Shown in pieces: positions 21,742 to 31,229 of a DNA stretch of 64,000 nucleotides. The DNA lies in assembly GCA_965217775.1 (NCBI GenBank), contig CBDCJH010000002.1:4736001-4800000 (forward strand). Reading direction: 5' to 3'. Source of the DNA: Acidobacteriota bacterium. Its GTDB lineage: Bacteria > Acidobacteriota > UBA6911 > RPQK01 > JAJDTT01. Positions within the stretch are counted from its first letter, which is position 1; every line of letters begins with the position of its first letter. The position numbers and the translations under genes are program-made. The notes under the pieces were generated by a model that ran no database searches, was not told where the DNA came from, and saw only the letters and a program-made list of their open reading frames with translations.

Positions 21742-22227
21742 ATGTCGCCTCGACGTTCGCTGCAATTGCTCGTCATCCTGGGCTGCCTCCTGATTCCGGT
21801 ATCCTGCCGGACGCCGTCCCAGGCGCCGGAATCCGACGCCGTCGAAACCACGCCGAGCCCGTCGGACCCGGGCGGGCGCAGGTTCCGGGCCTTCCACCAC
21901 ATCGGGCTTCCCACCGAAGATCCCCAGGCGGATGAGACCTACGTCGAAGAGACCAAGGTGTGGGTGACCGATCCGGCCGATCATCCCTACCGCGTCGAGT
22001 TTCTGCGTTACGAGGAGGACTCTCCCGTCACCGGCCCCTTGCGGGAAAAGGCTCACGTGGCCTATCGGGTCGAGGAGCTCAAGACGGCGCTGGAGGGCAA
22101 GGAGCTGCTGCTGGAGCCCTTCACGCCCATGCCCGGCCTCAGCGTCGCCTTCTTCGAGGAGGACGGCGTCGTGATCGAGTACATGCAGTTCGAGGGGAGC
22201 GCCACCGAGTTCGACGAGCTGAAATGA
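21742..22227 (+). CDS. VOC/glyoxalase-like lipoprotein
   Basis: FHHIGLP, VEFL, HVAYRVE, IEY metal-binding pattern; VSC lipobox. Confidence 0.7.
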   Translation: MSPRRSLQLLVILGCLLIPVSCRTPSQAPESDAVETTPSPSDPGGRRFRAFHHIGLPTEDPQADETYVEETKVWVTDPADHPYRVEFLRYEEDSPVTGPLREKAHVAYRVEELKTALEGKELLLEPFTPMPGLSVAFFEEDGVVIEYMQFEGSATEFDELK

Positions 22228-22247
22228 GGTCCCGCCGAGCCGCCGAA

Positions 22248-23183
22248 TCAGGCGAACAGGCTCTCCAGCGTGACCTCCTCCTGTCCGGCAAGTGAGCGCT
22301 TGCCCGCCTCCAGCGCCGCGATGACTTCGACTTCCTCTTCGATGGGGACCGATTCCTCACCCGTCCGGACGTAGTCCAGCACCGCTTTCAGCAGGTACCA
22401 GTAGAGGTCGCTCAGATCGGGCTTCACCGTGCGCCAACCCTGCTTGCCGAAGAGGCTGATCTGATACCCGGAGCGCATCCACTGCCGCTCCCCCACCATC
22501 AACACCACGTCGCGGTGATCGGCGAATCGGATCCGGACCACGTTGAGGCCGGGCTGGCCCACGTTGACGGCCGAAACGGCGCCGCCTCCGAGCACCGCAT
22601 AGACCATGGAGAGGGCGTGGATGCCATAGTAGATCAGCTCGTTGGCGCAGACGGCCTGGGCCAGATAGACGGGGCCCAGTTCCGGCAACTGCGCCCTCAG
22701 CCGCAGGATGTCCGGAACGAACCTCAGCGAACTGGACGACATGAACGGGGTCCCGGTCTCGCGGGCCAGATCCGCCACCGCCTTGGCCCCGCGGGCGGTC
22801 ATCGCCAGCGGCTTGTCGCAAAACGTGGGGACCCCGGCTCGCAAGGGATGGATGGCGTACTTGGAATGCTCGCCCGAGCCGTCGTCGACGAGGATCGCCA
22901 GGTCGACGCCGGCGGAGCATTCTTCCGGTGTCCGGCAGACGGTGGGAATGTCGCAGGCGGCGGCGAGACGTTGGGCCCACACCCGCTCCTGGTCCCAAAT
23001 CTTGACCACCCGGGCGCCCTCGATCCGTTTTCGGGCCCGGACGAAGGTCCAGTCGTATTTTCGCACTTCCGATTCATCGAACCCGTTGAAGCTGGACGCG
23101 AAGGCGGTCCCGTGATGGGAACCGGGCCGCCGGGGTTCCTTCCGGTAACGATAGGTGGCCGCCGAGATGAGACCGATGCGCAC
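22248..23183 (-). CDS. Gfo/Idh/MocA-like oxidoreductase
   Basis: MRIGLI, HGTAF, FCDKPLA, SSSLRF, YYGIH. Confidence 0.8.
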   Translation of the reverse strand: MRIGLISAATYRYRKEPRRPGSHHGTAFASSFNGFDESEVRKYDWTFVRARKRIEGARVVKIWDQERVWAQRLAAACDIPTVCRTPEECSAGVDLAILVDDGSGEHSKYAIHPLRAGVPTFCDKPLAMTARGAKAVADLARETGTPFMSSSSLRFVPDILRLRAQLPELGPVYLAQAVCANELIYYGIHALSMVYAVLGGGAVSAVNVGQPGLNVVRIRFADHRDVVLMVGERQWMRSGYQISLFGKQGWRTVKPDLSDLYWYLLKAVLDYVRTGEESVPIEEEVEVIAALEAGKRSLAGQEEVTLESLFA

Positions 23184-23335
23184 GTTTCGCTTCCTCCACG
23201 CCGAGGTGCCGGCTTGACGCGCCGTGACTCGGCAAACTAATCTGCCCCAACACTATAGACACGGAGATCCGAAGATTCTCCCCCGCCCTGTCCCGCGCCA
23301 GCCGGAACTCGGCGCATCCTTCCGGGAGCAGGAAC

Positions 23336-24337
23336 ATGGACAAGACGAGATACGGAGTCATCGGGCTGGGCTGGTTCGGAGAGAAGCATCTGGAAGCGCT
23401 CGCCGGCAATCCGGGAGTCGAGATTTACGCCCTGTGCACCCGGACCCCGGAACGACTGGCCCAGGTGGCCGAACGTTTCCAGGTCAGGAAAACCTACACC
23501 GACTATCGCGAAATGCTGGCCGATCCGGGGCTGGACAGCGTCAGCATCACCACCATGTGGGACCAGCACCGCGACCCCACTCTGGCGGCGCTCGAGGCCG
23601 GAAAGCACGTCTTCCTGGAGAAGCCCATGGCTTCCACCGTCGCAGACTGCCAGGCCATCGTGGATGCGGCGGCGGCTTCGTCCGGTAAGTTCATGGTGGG
23701 TCACATCTGCCGCTTCAACCCCCGCTACGCCGCGGCCAAGCAGGCGCTGGACGAGGGCAGGCTGGGCCGGATCGTGGCGCTCTACGCCCGCCGCAACCTC
23801 CCGGCCCGGGTCGGATCCCAGGTGCTGGACAAGATCGGTCCCATCATCGGGGACGGGGTCCACGACACCGACCTCATGCTCTGGTTCACCGGTTCCAGGA
23901 TCGTCAGCGCCTACGGCCAGACGCTGGCGGTCCACGGTCACAAGTACCCCGACGCGGGCCACGCCATGTATCGGTTCGACAACGGCGCCACCGGGGTGAT
24001 CGAAGACGTCTGGTGCCTGCCGGAGAAGACCCCCTTCCAGATCGACGAGCGCATGGAGGTCATCGGCACCGAGGGTTCGATTCAGGTCCATGACACCCAT
24101 CCCAACCTGACCATCGTCGACGGGGAGGGAGTCCGCTGTCCGGACACGACCTATTGGCCGAACATCCACGGGGCCTGCTCGGGTGCGCTCCGGGAAGAGT
24201 TGAACTACTTCGTCCGCAGCGTTGTCGACGACACCCCCATCGAGGTGATCACGCCCCGAGAGTCTCTGGAGGCGGTCCGGGCGTGTCTGGCGGCCGAGGA
24301 GTCCGCCAGGACCGGACAGGTCGTCCATCTGGACTAG
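23336..24337 (+). CDS. Gfo/Idh/MocA oxidoreductase
   Basis: GVIGLGWFG, GKHVFLEKPMA, GHICRFNP, DGVHDTD. Confidence 0.92.
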   Translation: MDKTRYGVIGLGWFGEKHLEALAGNPGVEIYALCTRTPERLAQVAERFQVRKTYTDYREMLADPGLDSVSITTMWDQHRDPTLAALEAGKHVFLEKPMASTVADCQAIVDAAAASSGKFMVGHICRFNPRYAAAKQALDEGRLGRIVALYARRNLPARVGSQVLDKIGPIIGDGVHDTDLMLWFTGSRIVSAYGQTLAVHGHKYPDAGHAMYRFDNGATGVIEDVWCLPEKTPFQIDERMEVIGTEGSIQVHDTHPNLTIVDGEGVRCPDTTYWPNIHGACSGALREELNYFVRSVVDDTPIEVITPRESLEAVRACLAAEESARTGQVVHLD

Positions 24338-24380
24338 GATTTCGGCAACATCGACTTGTGAGCCTGGGGAATCTGCCGTC

Positions 24381-27300
24381 ATGACGAAATTCAGCATCGG
24401 ATGGATCGTCGTCCTGTTTGTGTGCCTGGCTCAATCCAGCGGCGTGGACTGGGTGACGGTGACCGTGCCGGCCCGGCACGACTTCAAGGGCTACGGCTGG
24501 TACCGGACCTGGTTCAAACCGCCCCAACGATTCTTCGCCAAGCACGAAAGGGACCTGTGGGGCGAATCGGTGATCTTCAACGTCCGGGGTCTGGCCGGCG
24601 CCCACGAGGTCTACGTCAATGGGAAACGCATCGGCGGCGGCGGAACCTTTCCGCCCGAGTTTGAGGACGGACGGAAGGGCAATCACCAACACAAGGTTCC
24701 GTCCGGCGGCCTGGTGCCCGAGGCCTGGAACCAGCTCGCAGTCCGAGTCTACGCCCCCGACGGCAGAGGCGGCTTTCTGGGCGAGGCTCCCTTCCTCATG
24801 AACTACTTTCTGGAGTGCGTCTTCGACGGTCCGTGGGAGTTCCGTCCGGGGGACGCTCGCGTCTCCTTCGACGGCGTGCTCGACCGGCGGCCTTCAGGCT
24901 CGGCCTTCGACCAGTTTCGCGAGTCCAACCGCGTGCTGGCGGAGGCGGAACGGTTCGTGCACGGCCCCAAGCTGCCGCCCCTGGATTCGTTTCGGAAGAT
25001 GAAGGCGGCGGACGATCTGGTGGTGGATCTGATGCTGGCGGAACCGCTGGTGGCGCAGCCGACCCACTTCAGCTTCGATTCCCGCGGCCGCCTCTGGGTC
25101 TCCCAGTTCCGGCAGTACCCGTTTCCCGCGGGACTGGAGATGATCAGCCGGGACCGCTACTACCGCTCGCATTACGACAAGCTGCCCCCTGCTCCCCCGC
25201 GTCACGACCGCGGGCGCGATCTGATCTCCATCCACGAGGACACCACCGGTGACGGCAGATACGACCGCCACAAGGTCTTCCGGGACGGCTTGAACATGGC
25301 CAACGCGGCCCTGCGCGGCCGCGGCGGGGTGTGGGTGATGCACACCCCGTACCTGCTCTTCTATCCCGACCGGGACTTCGACGACGTACCCGAAGGGCCG
25401 CCGGTGGTCCACCTCCAGGGATTCGGCCTGGAGGACACCCACTCCATCGCCAACGGACTGGTCTGGGGAATGGACGGTTGGCTCTATGGAACCCAGGGCA
25501 GCACCACGGCCTGCCACGTGACCCGTCCCGGCATCGATCCGCCGGATGCGCCCGCCGTCTACTACCAGGGCTGCATGGTCTGGCGCTATCACCCCGAGAC
25601 CAGGCGCTTCGAACTCTTCTCCCAGGGCGGAGGCAACAACTTCGGTCTGGAGGTGGACGGTGCCGGCCGGCTCTTCACCGGACACAACGGCGGCCAGACC
25701 CGAGGCTGGCACTTCCTGCAGGGCGGCATGCACCTGATGCAGGGCACCACGCCCAACAAATTCGGTCCTCCCCGCAATCCCTTCAGCTTCGGGGACCTGC
25801 CCAAAATGGTCAGCGAGCAGGACATCCGGCGGTTCACCCACTTCGGCGCCGTGGTGGAGGCCACGGCCATTCCCGGGAAGTATCAGGACTCGTTCTTCAG
25901 TGTGGATCCGCTTCACAACTTCGTCATCGCCAGCCGGCGGATTCGCGCCGGAGCCACCTTCAAGACCAGCGATCTGGGCAAGGTGCTGACCTCCGGCGAC
26001 TTCGCCTTCCGCCCCGTGTTCATCGGCAACGCCCCCGACGGCTCGGTCCTGATCGGCGACTTCTACAACCACTACATCGCCCACGGCCAGCATTACCAGA
26101 GCCAGATCGATCCCGGAACGGGGCGTATCTTCCGGCTGCGGGGCCGGCAGGAGCCGCTGGAGCGGGACCTGGACCTGCAGGCCAAGTCCAACGATCGACT
26201 GTTGGAGCTGCTGAATCACCCCAACCGCTGGCACCGGCACACCGCCGTCCGCTTGCTGGGCGAGCGCAAGGACCCCGGTTCGGCCGACCGGTTGCGGCAA
26301 CTGGTGGGCAGCGGCCCGGACCTCCAGTCGCTGTCCGCGCTCTGGGCCCTGTATCAGGCCTTCGGGTTGGATCAGGCGACGGCCCTGACCGCCCTGGGCC
26401 ACGGCACCCCCATGGTCCGCTACTGGGCCGTCCGCCTGATCTGCGACGACGTCGGCTTCGCCAATCGCCGCGCCACGTTGGGACTCGCCGACAGCCTCGG
26501 AGAACTGAAGGGCGGACCCACTCGGGTTCCCGATCGGCTCTTTCGGGCGCTCCTGGAAGGCGCGGCCGGCGAGAGGGACGCCGAGGTGCGGTCTCAAATG
26601 GCCGCATCGGCCCGGCGGTTGCCCGTGGATCAGGCCCTTCCTCTGGTGACGGCTCTGCTGAGGCACGACGAGGACGTCGACGATCCGTACCTGCCGCTGC
26701 TCTCGTGGTGGGTTCTGGAAGTCAATCTGGATCCCGAGCGCGACGCCGTCATGGAGCTGTTCGAAGATCCGGAGTTCCGGCACGGGCCCGTGGTGAGACG
26801 GCAGATTCTGGAGCGGATGATGCGAGCCCTGGCCCTGAAGGGCAAGAGCGGCGATCTGGACGACTGCACTCGATTGTTGGAACTGGCCGTAGACGGAGAG
26901 GAAGTAGACGCGTTGCTCAAAGGGTTCGAGCTGGCTTACGCCGGCCGGCGGATCGGCGGATTGCCGGATCCTCTGGTCCGGGGCCTGGTCGAGAGCGGAC
27001 GTTCCTCCCTGGAACTGCGGGTGCGGTTGGGGGACGCCGACGCGTCCCGAGCCGCCGTCGAGCTGCTCCTGAGTCCGGAAGCCTCCCTCCAGGAAAGGAT
27101 CGCGGTGGCGCGGACGCTGGGCGAGGTGAGATCCGCAGACAGTGTCGAGCCGCTGATCCGGGTCTCGAACGCACCGGAGCCGACGCTCCAGAGGGCGGCC
27201 CTGGCGGCCCTCTCCTCCTTCAGCGATCCCGGCATCGGCCAGCAGGCTCTGGCCCGGTTTTCGGACTATTCGGACCCGGCCAGACCGGCCTTTTTCGACC

Positions 27301-27944
27301 TGATGCTGAGCCGTCCGGTCTGGACCCGGCAGTTGATTCAGGCCGTTTCCAGGGGTGGGTTGGCGCCGGAGCTGGTTCCGGACGACGTCGCCGAGCGGCT
27401 GAGAGGAGATCGGGACCGGGAGATCGCCCGCTTGGCCAGGGAACACCTGGGCGACGGAGAGGACCTGGACCGGGAAGACGTCCAACGCCGGATCGCGAGA
27501 CTCAGGTCGATTCTGGCGGACGGGTCCGGCAATCCCTACGCCGGCGAGTCCGCCTACACCCGGCGATGCGGTTCCTGCCACAAGCTGTTTCACAAGGGGG
27601 GCAGCAACGGACCCGACCTGACCGCTTACCAGCGGGGCGACCTGGGGACGCTGCTCATCAGCATCGTCGATCCCGACGCCGAGATCCGCGAGGGATACGA
27701 ATACGTCACGTTGGTCACGAAGGAGGGACGGACCCTGAGCGGCTTTCTCACGGATCGGGACCCCCAGGTCGTCGTGTTGCGGGGAATGGCGGGAGAGGAC
27801 ATTCGCGTCGAGCGCCGGCAGGTCGAATCGATCGAGCCCATGGGACGCAGCCTCATGCCCGCCAGGCTGCTGGAAGGACTGAACGATCAGGAGCTCCGGG
27901 ACTTCTTCGCCTATCTGAGAATCTCCCAGCCCATCAGCCAGTGA
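24381..27944 (+). CDS. PVC-type membrane-bound dehydrogenase/heme-c protein with N-terminal sugar-binding jelly-roll
   Basis: GYGWYR/EVYVNG jelly-roll, LAEPLVAQP-FDSRGRLWV propeller, HEAT-like helices, CGSCH heme motif, GPDLT, SLMP. Confidence 0.85.
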   Translation: MTKFSIGWIVVLFVCLAQSSGVDWVTVTVPARHDFKGYGWYRTWFKPPQRFFAKHERDLWGESVIFNVRGLAGAHEVYVNGKRIGGGGTFPPEFEDGRKGNHQHKVPSGGLVPEAWNQLAVRVYAPDGRGGFLGEAPFLMNYFLECVFDGPWEFRPGDARVSFDGVLDRRPSGSAFDQFRESNRVLAEAERFVHGPKLPPLDSFRKMKAADDLVVDLMLAEPLVAQPTHFSFDSRGRLWVSQFRQYPFPAGLEMISRDRYYRSHYDKLPPAPPRHDRGRDLISIHEDTTGDGRYDRHKVFRDGLNMANAALRGRGGVWVMHTPYLLFYPDRDFDDVPEGPPVVHLQGFGLEDTHSIANGLVWGMDGWLYGTQGSTTACHVTRPGIDPPDAPAVYYQGCMVWRYHPETRRFELFSQGGGNNFGLEVDGAGRLFTGHNGGQTRGWHFLQGGMHLMQGTTPNKFGPPRNPFSFGDLPKMVSEQDIRRFTHFGAVVEATAIPGKYQDSFFSVDPLHNFVIASRRIRAGATFKTSDLGKVLTSGDFAFRPVFIGNAPDGSVLIGDFYNHYIAHGQHYQSQIDPGTGRIFRLRGRQEPLERDLDLQAKSNDRLLELLNHPNRWHRHTAVRLLGERKDPGSADRLRQLVGSGPDLQSLSALWALYQAFGLDQATALTALGHGTPMVRYWAVRLICDDVGFANRRATLGLADSLGELKGGPTRVPDRLFRALLEGAAGERDAEVRSQMAASARRLPVDQALPLVTALLRHDEDVDDPYLPLLSWWVLEVNLDPERDAVMELFEDPEFRHGPVVRRQILERMMRALALKGKSGDLDDCTRLLELAVDGEEVDALLKGFELAYAGRRIGGLPDPLVRGLVESGRSSLELRVRLGDADASRAAVELLLSPEASLQERIAVARTLGEVRSADSVEPLIRVSNAPEPTLQRAALAALSSFSDPGIGQQALARFSDYSDPARPAFFDLMLSRPVWTRQLIQAVSRGGLAPELVPDDVAERLRGDRDREIARLAREHLGDGEDLDREDVQRRIARLRSILADGSGNPYAGESAYTRRCGSCHKLFHKGGSNGPDLTAYQRGDLGTLLISIVDPDAEIREGYEYVTLVTKEGRTLSGFLTDRDPQVVVLRGMAGEDIRVERRQVESIEPMGRSLMPARLLEGLNDQELRDFFAYLRISQPISQ

Positions 27945-27973
27945 CGGTCGAGATCGGCCGGTGACGGGTGAAG

Positions 27974-27999
27974 AGGGCGGCCACAAGGGCGGCCCCTAC
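27974..27999 (-). repeat. GTAG-type REP
   Basis: AGGGCGGCCACAAGGGCGGCCCCTAC. Confidence 0.8.
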
Positions 28000-28044
28000 G
28001 ATGGTGTACAGGCCCGCATAGACAACGTGGCGGCGCGCAGAACG

Positions 28045-28087
28045 GCAGGCGACCGAGAAGAGGGCGGCCACAAGGGCCGCCCCTACG
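28045..28087 (-). repeat. 43-bp REP-containing direct repeat (left)
   Basis: 40/43 identical to 29801-29843. Confidence 0.9.
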
Positions 28088-28838
28088 ATGCGCGGGCTCT
28101 CTCGCATTTTGGATCCGAATACCAAGCATCACTGTCTTCCGCCGTCAGACGGTAGGCGCGCGCGGCGGCGAACCGGGGTTCTCCCAGATCCTCCAGCCGG
28201 AACGGATCGAACGGCAGGTGCGGGAAACGAAACACCGTGGATCGTTCGCCCTCGATCATCCGCCGCGGTACCTCGAAGCGGGATGGACTCAGCGAGAAGC
28301 CGGTGCCCAAGGCCTTGATGAGCGCCTCCTTCAGGCTCCAGAGCCGGTAGAACAGATCCGTCTTCTCGCTTCCGGCGGCCGCGGACAGGGCGAGTCGTTC
28401 CCACGGACCGTAAACCCTGCTCCCGATGCCGTCGAAATCCCTGCCGGGAACGCGCACCTCCAGATCCACCCCGAGTCCATCCCGTCTCGCGAACCCGATC
28501 AGTCCGTGCCGGCCGCTGTGGCTCACATTGAAGTTCGCGCCCGACGGAACGCCGTTCACTTTCGCGAACGGCTTGCCGTGCTTGAGATAGCCGAAGGACA
28601 GTTCCCGGTTGGAACACCTTAGCCGATCGCAGAGGTTGATCCTGAGCGCCGCGCGGCAAAGCGCAAACTGACGCCGAGCGCCCTTGACCGCGAACCGGTT
28701 CCACCGCGCCTGCTCGTCGTCATCGAGTACCGTCAAGGCCCGTTCTTCGGAGTCGGGGTCGGACCGGAGGTCGACGTGCAGGATGAGCGAGGTCTCGTCC
28801 TCGCGCCAGGGACTCCACCAAGCGCCGGCGGCGGTCAT
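28083..28838 (-). CDS. Sfp-type 4'-phosphopantetheinyl transferase
   Basis: HGKP, FNVSHS, LGVDLE, FYRLWSLKEALIKALGTG. Confidence 0.92.
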   Translation of the reverse strand: MTAAGAWWSPWREDETSLILHVDLRSDPDSEERALTVLDDDEQARWNRFAVKGARRQFALCRAALRINLCDRLRCSNRELSFGYLKHGKPFAKVNGVPSGANFNVSHSGRHGLIGFARRDGLGVDLEVRVPGRDFDGIGSRVYGPWERLALSAAAGSEKTDLFYRLWSLKEALIKALGTGFSLSPSRFEVPRRMIEGERSTVFRFPHLPFDPFRLEDLGEPRFAAARAYRLTAEDSDAWYSDPKCERARAS

Positions 28839-29704
28839 CGAATGGTCGCTCCCCGGGGCGCCAGGGTCACTTCCCGCAGGTAGGCGCCGACCCCCCGCCG
28901 GCGGTCCCACTGCTGCGGATACCCCAGGGACACCTCTCGGAAAGGCACTCCGTCAAGCCACTGGGTGCCCCGGATGTGAAGGTGGCCGTAAACCACCGCG
29001 CATGCGTTGAAGCGGCGGTGCCAACCCCGGGTCCTGCGGGTCCCGCACCACGGAGTGAATCGGGGAACCCGCGGCAACACGGCGAGTTGTTCTTCAAGCG
29101 GAAAGTGATTGATCAGGATCTTGGGAAGTTCCGCCGGACAGGACGCGAGCCGAGTGGCGGCGTCCTTGCAGCGCGCAGCGCACCACGAATCCCGATCCGG
29201 AAACGGGTCAGGACGCAGCATCAATTCGTCGGCGCAGACGGCGCCGGTTTCCCGGGCCCACCGAACCACCTCGTCACGCCGGACGTGCCGGGGCCGAAAG
29301 CTGTAGTCGTAGAGCAGGAACAGCGGCACGATCAGAACCGGCCCGTCCCGAAGTTCAACCACCGGGTAGGGATCCTCCCGGGTGAGAACGCCGTGGCAGC
29401 GAGCAATCCGGACGAGCCGCTCGTAGAGCGCGACGCCGCCAAGCCCGGGGGCCGCGTTGGGAATGGTCCAGAGTTCGTGGTTTCCGGGAACCCAGACGAC
29501 CTGGCGGAACTTCGGAGTCAGTCGCCGAAAACACCAGTCAAGTCGCCGCGCGCCGTGGGTCACGTCTCCTGCCAGGATCAGCCAGTCGTCGGGGAAGGCT
29601 TGAAGACTCTCCAGCGCTCCCCGGTTTTCCGGATGGGAGAGATGCAAGTCGGACAGCGCCCAGATACGCAACGGATTACCGTCCGGGACAATCGAGCGAG
29701 ACAT
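28835..29704 (-). CDS. Metallophosphoesterase, PptH-like phosphopantetheinyl-carrier protein hydrolase
   Basis: SDLH, AGDV, VPGNHELWT, LFLLYDYSFRP, NHFPL, WCGT, YGHLH, VSLGYP; ATGA-coupled to the PPTase. Confidence 0.85.
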   Translation of the reverse strand: MSRSIVPDGNPLRIWALSDLHLSHPENRGALESLQAFPDDWLILAGDVTHGARRLDWCFRRLTPKFRQVVWVPGNHELWTIPNAAPGLGGVALYERLVRIARCHGVLTREDPYPVVELRDGPVLIVPLFLLYDYSFRPRHVRRDEVVRWARETGAVCADELMLRPDPFPDRDSWCAARCKDAATRLASCPAELPKILINHFPLEEQLAVLPRVPRFTPWCGTRRTRGWHRRFNACAVVYGHLHIRGTQWLDGVPFREVSLGYPQQWDRRRGVGAYLREVTLAPRGATIR

Positions 29705-29800
29705 CAGCGCGCATTTCGCCGGGATCGTAGCCGGAGGGTCCCGCCGAGTCAATCTCCGCCGGGGTCGCCACGGGCACCACCCATCCGGTCAAGGAGGCAA

Positions 29801-29843
29801 GCAGGCGACGGAAAAGAGGGCGGCCACCAGGGCCGCCCCTACG
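29801..29843 (-). repeat. 43-bp REP-containing direct repeat (right)
   Basis: 40/43 identical to 28045-28087. Confidence 0.9.
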
Positions 29844-29861
29844 GTGGCGTACGGAACACCA

Positions 29862-31187
29862 TTAGATGTTCTCGGGAATCACCCACGGCTTCCGGTAGGT
29901 GCGCTTGAGATAGGCATTGGCCTCCGGAAAGTCGGTAAAGGTCTCGGTCTCGGGATCCAGGACCAGCCGCCGGTTGCCCACCCGGTAGGAGATGTTGGCC
30001 AGGTGGCAGAGCATGACGGACTGATGTCCGGTCTCCGCGTCGGCAGCCGGCTTCCGGCGGGTCCGGATGCAATCCACGAAATCGTCCTGGTGCTCCCGGT
30101 TCCCCTGGCGGCCGTATTCGGACCGCACCAGCTCGCCGTCGGCATCGTAGGCCTGCCAGCCGCCGCCGTGGCGACCGAAATACATGTACCCGTCGGTGCC
30201 CAGGATCTCCACCTTGGTGCTGCTGAAGGGCCAGTCGGGGAAGCGGTCGGAGTCTCGGACGACCCCGGGCGTCTTCTTCATGTAGGGCGTCCAGAGGGTC
30301 GACTGAATGGACAATGTGAGCCCGTCGTACTCGAAGAGCGCCATCTGGGTATCGGGCGTGTCCCGTCCGTCCCGCAAGGAGTAGATGGCTCCCTGATTGG
30401 AGGTCGTCCTGGGGGCGGGTGGATCGCCGATCAGGTAGCGGGCCATGTCCAACTGGTGGACCAGGTCTCCGGCGATGGGTCCGCAGCTATACTCCCAATA
30501 ATTCAACCAATACAGGCCGGGGTTGTACGGCTGCTTGGCGGCGGGACCACACCAGAGATCCCAATCCAGCCCGTCGGGGACCGGCCCGTCGGGAACCGGT
30601 TCCCGTTTGGGGTGCTGCATCATGTTGTACACCCGGACCAGATGCACGTCTCCCAGGTTGCCGGCGCGGATGTACTCCCGTGCCCGGTGGACGTAAGGCG
30701 TACTGCGGGTCTGCATTCCGACCTGGACGACGCGGCCGTACTTGCTCTCCGCCTCCACCATCTTCCGGCCCTCCCAGATGGAATGGGCCATGGGCTTCTC
30801 CACGAAGACGTCCTTTCCCGCCTGGCAGGCCAGGATGGTGCCCAGAGCATGCCAGTGGTCCGGCGTGGCGTTGACCAGGGCATCCACGCTGTCGTCGTCC
30901 AGGATCCTCCGGAAGTCCTGAACCAGCTTGGGGCGGGAGCGTTGGGACGCTTCCACCGCCTTCCGGGCCCGGTCGAAACGCCGGGTGTCGACGTCGCAGA
31001 GGTACGCGACCTCCACGTCCGAACGCTGGGCGAAGTTTTCGGCCAGCCGGGTGCCCCGGCCGCCCAGGCCCATGATGCCCACGACGACACGTTCGTTGGC
31101 CCCACGGACCGGGCCCTTGGACACCATGGCCAGGGAGGCGGCTCCAAGCGAGCCGGTCATGAATTTTCTACGGTCTAGCGATCGCAT
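29862..31187 (-). CDS. Tat-exported Gfo/Idh/MocA oxidoreductase
   Basis: DRRKFM Tat motif, GLGGRG, ATPDHWH, KDVFVEKP, LDWDLWCGPA. Confidence 0.92.
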   Translation of the reverse strand: MRSLDRRKFMTGSLGAASLAMVSKGPVRGANERVVVGIMGLGGRGTRLAENFAQRSDVEVAYLCDVDTRRFDRARKAVEASQRSRPKLVQDFRRILDDDSVDALVNATPDHWHALGTILACQAGKDVFVEKPMAHSIWEGRKMVEAESKYGRVVQVGMQTRSTPYVHRAREYIRAGNLGDVHLVRVYNMMQHPKREPVPDGPVPDGLDWDLWCGPAAKQPYNPGLYWLNYWEYSCGPIAGDLVHQLDMARYLIGDPPAPRTTSNQGAIYSLRDGRDTPDTQMALFEYDGLTLSIQSTLWTPYMKKTPGVVRDSDRFPDWPFSSTKVEILGTDGYMYFGRHGGGWQAYDADGELVRSEYGRQGNREHQDDFVDCIRTRRKPAADAETGHQSVMLCHLANISYRVGNRRLVLDPETETFTDFPEANAYLKRTYRKPWVIPENI

Positions 31188-31229
31188 AGAACTCCTCCAA
31201 TCTTTGCAACGAGCTGATACACGAATCTG

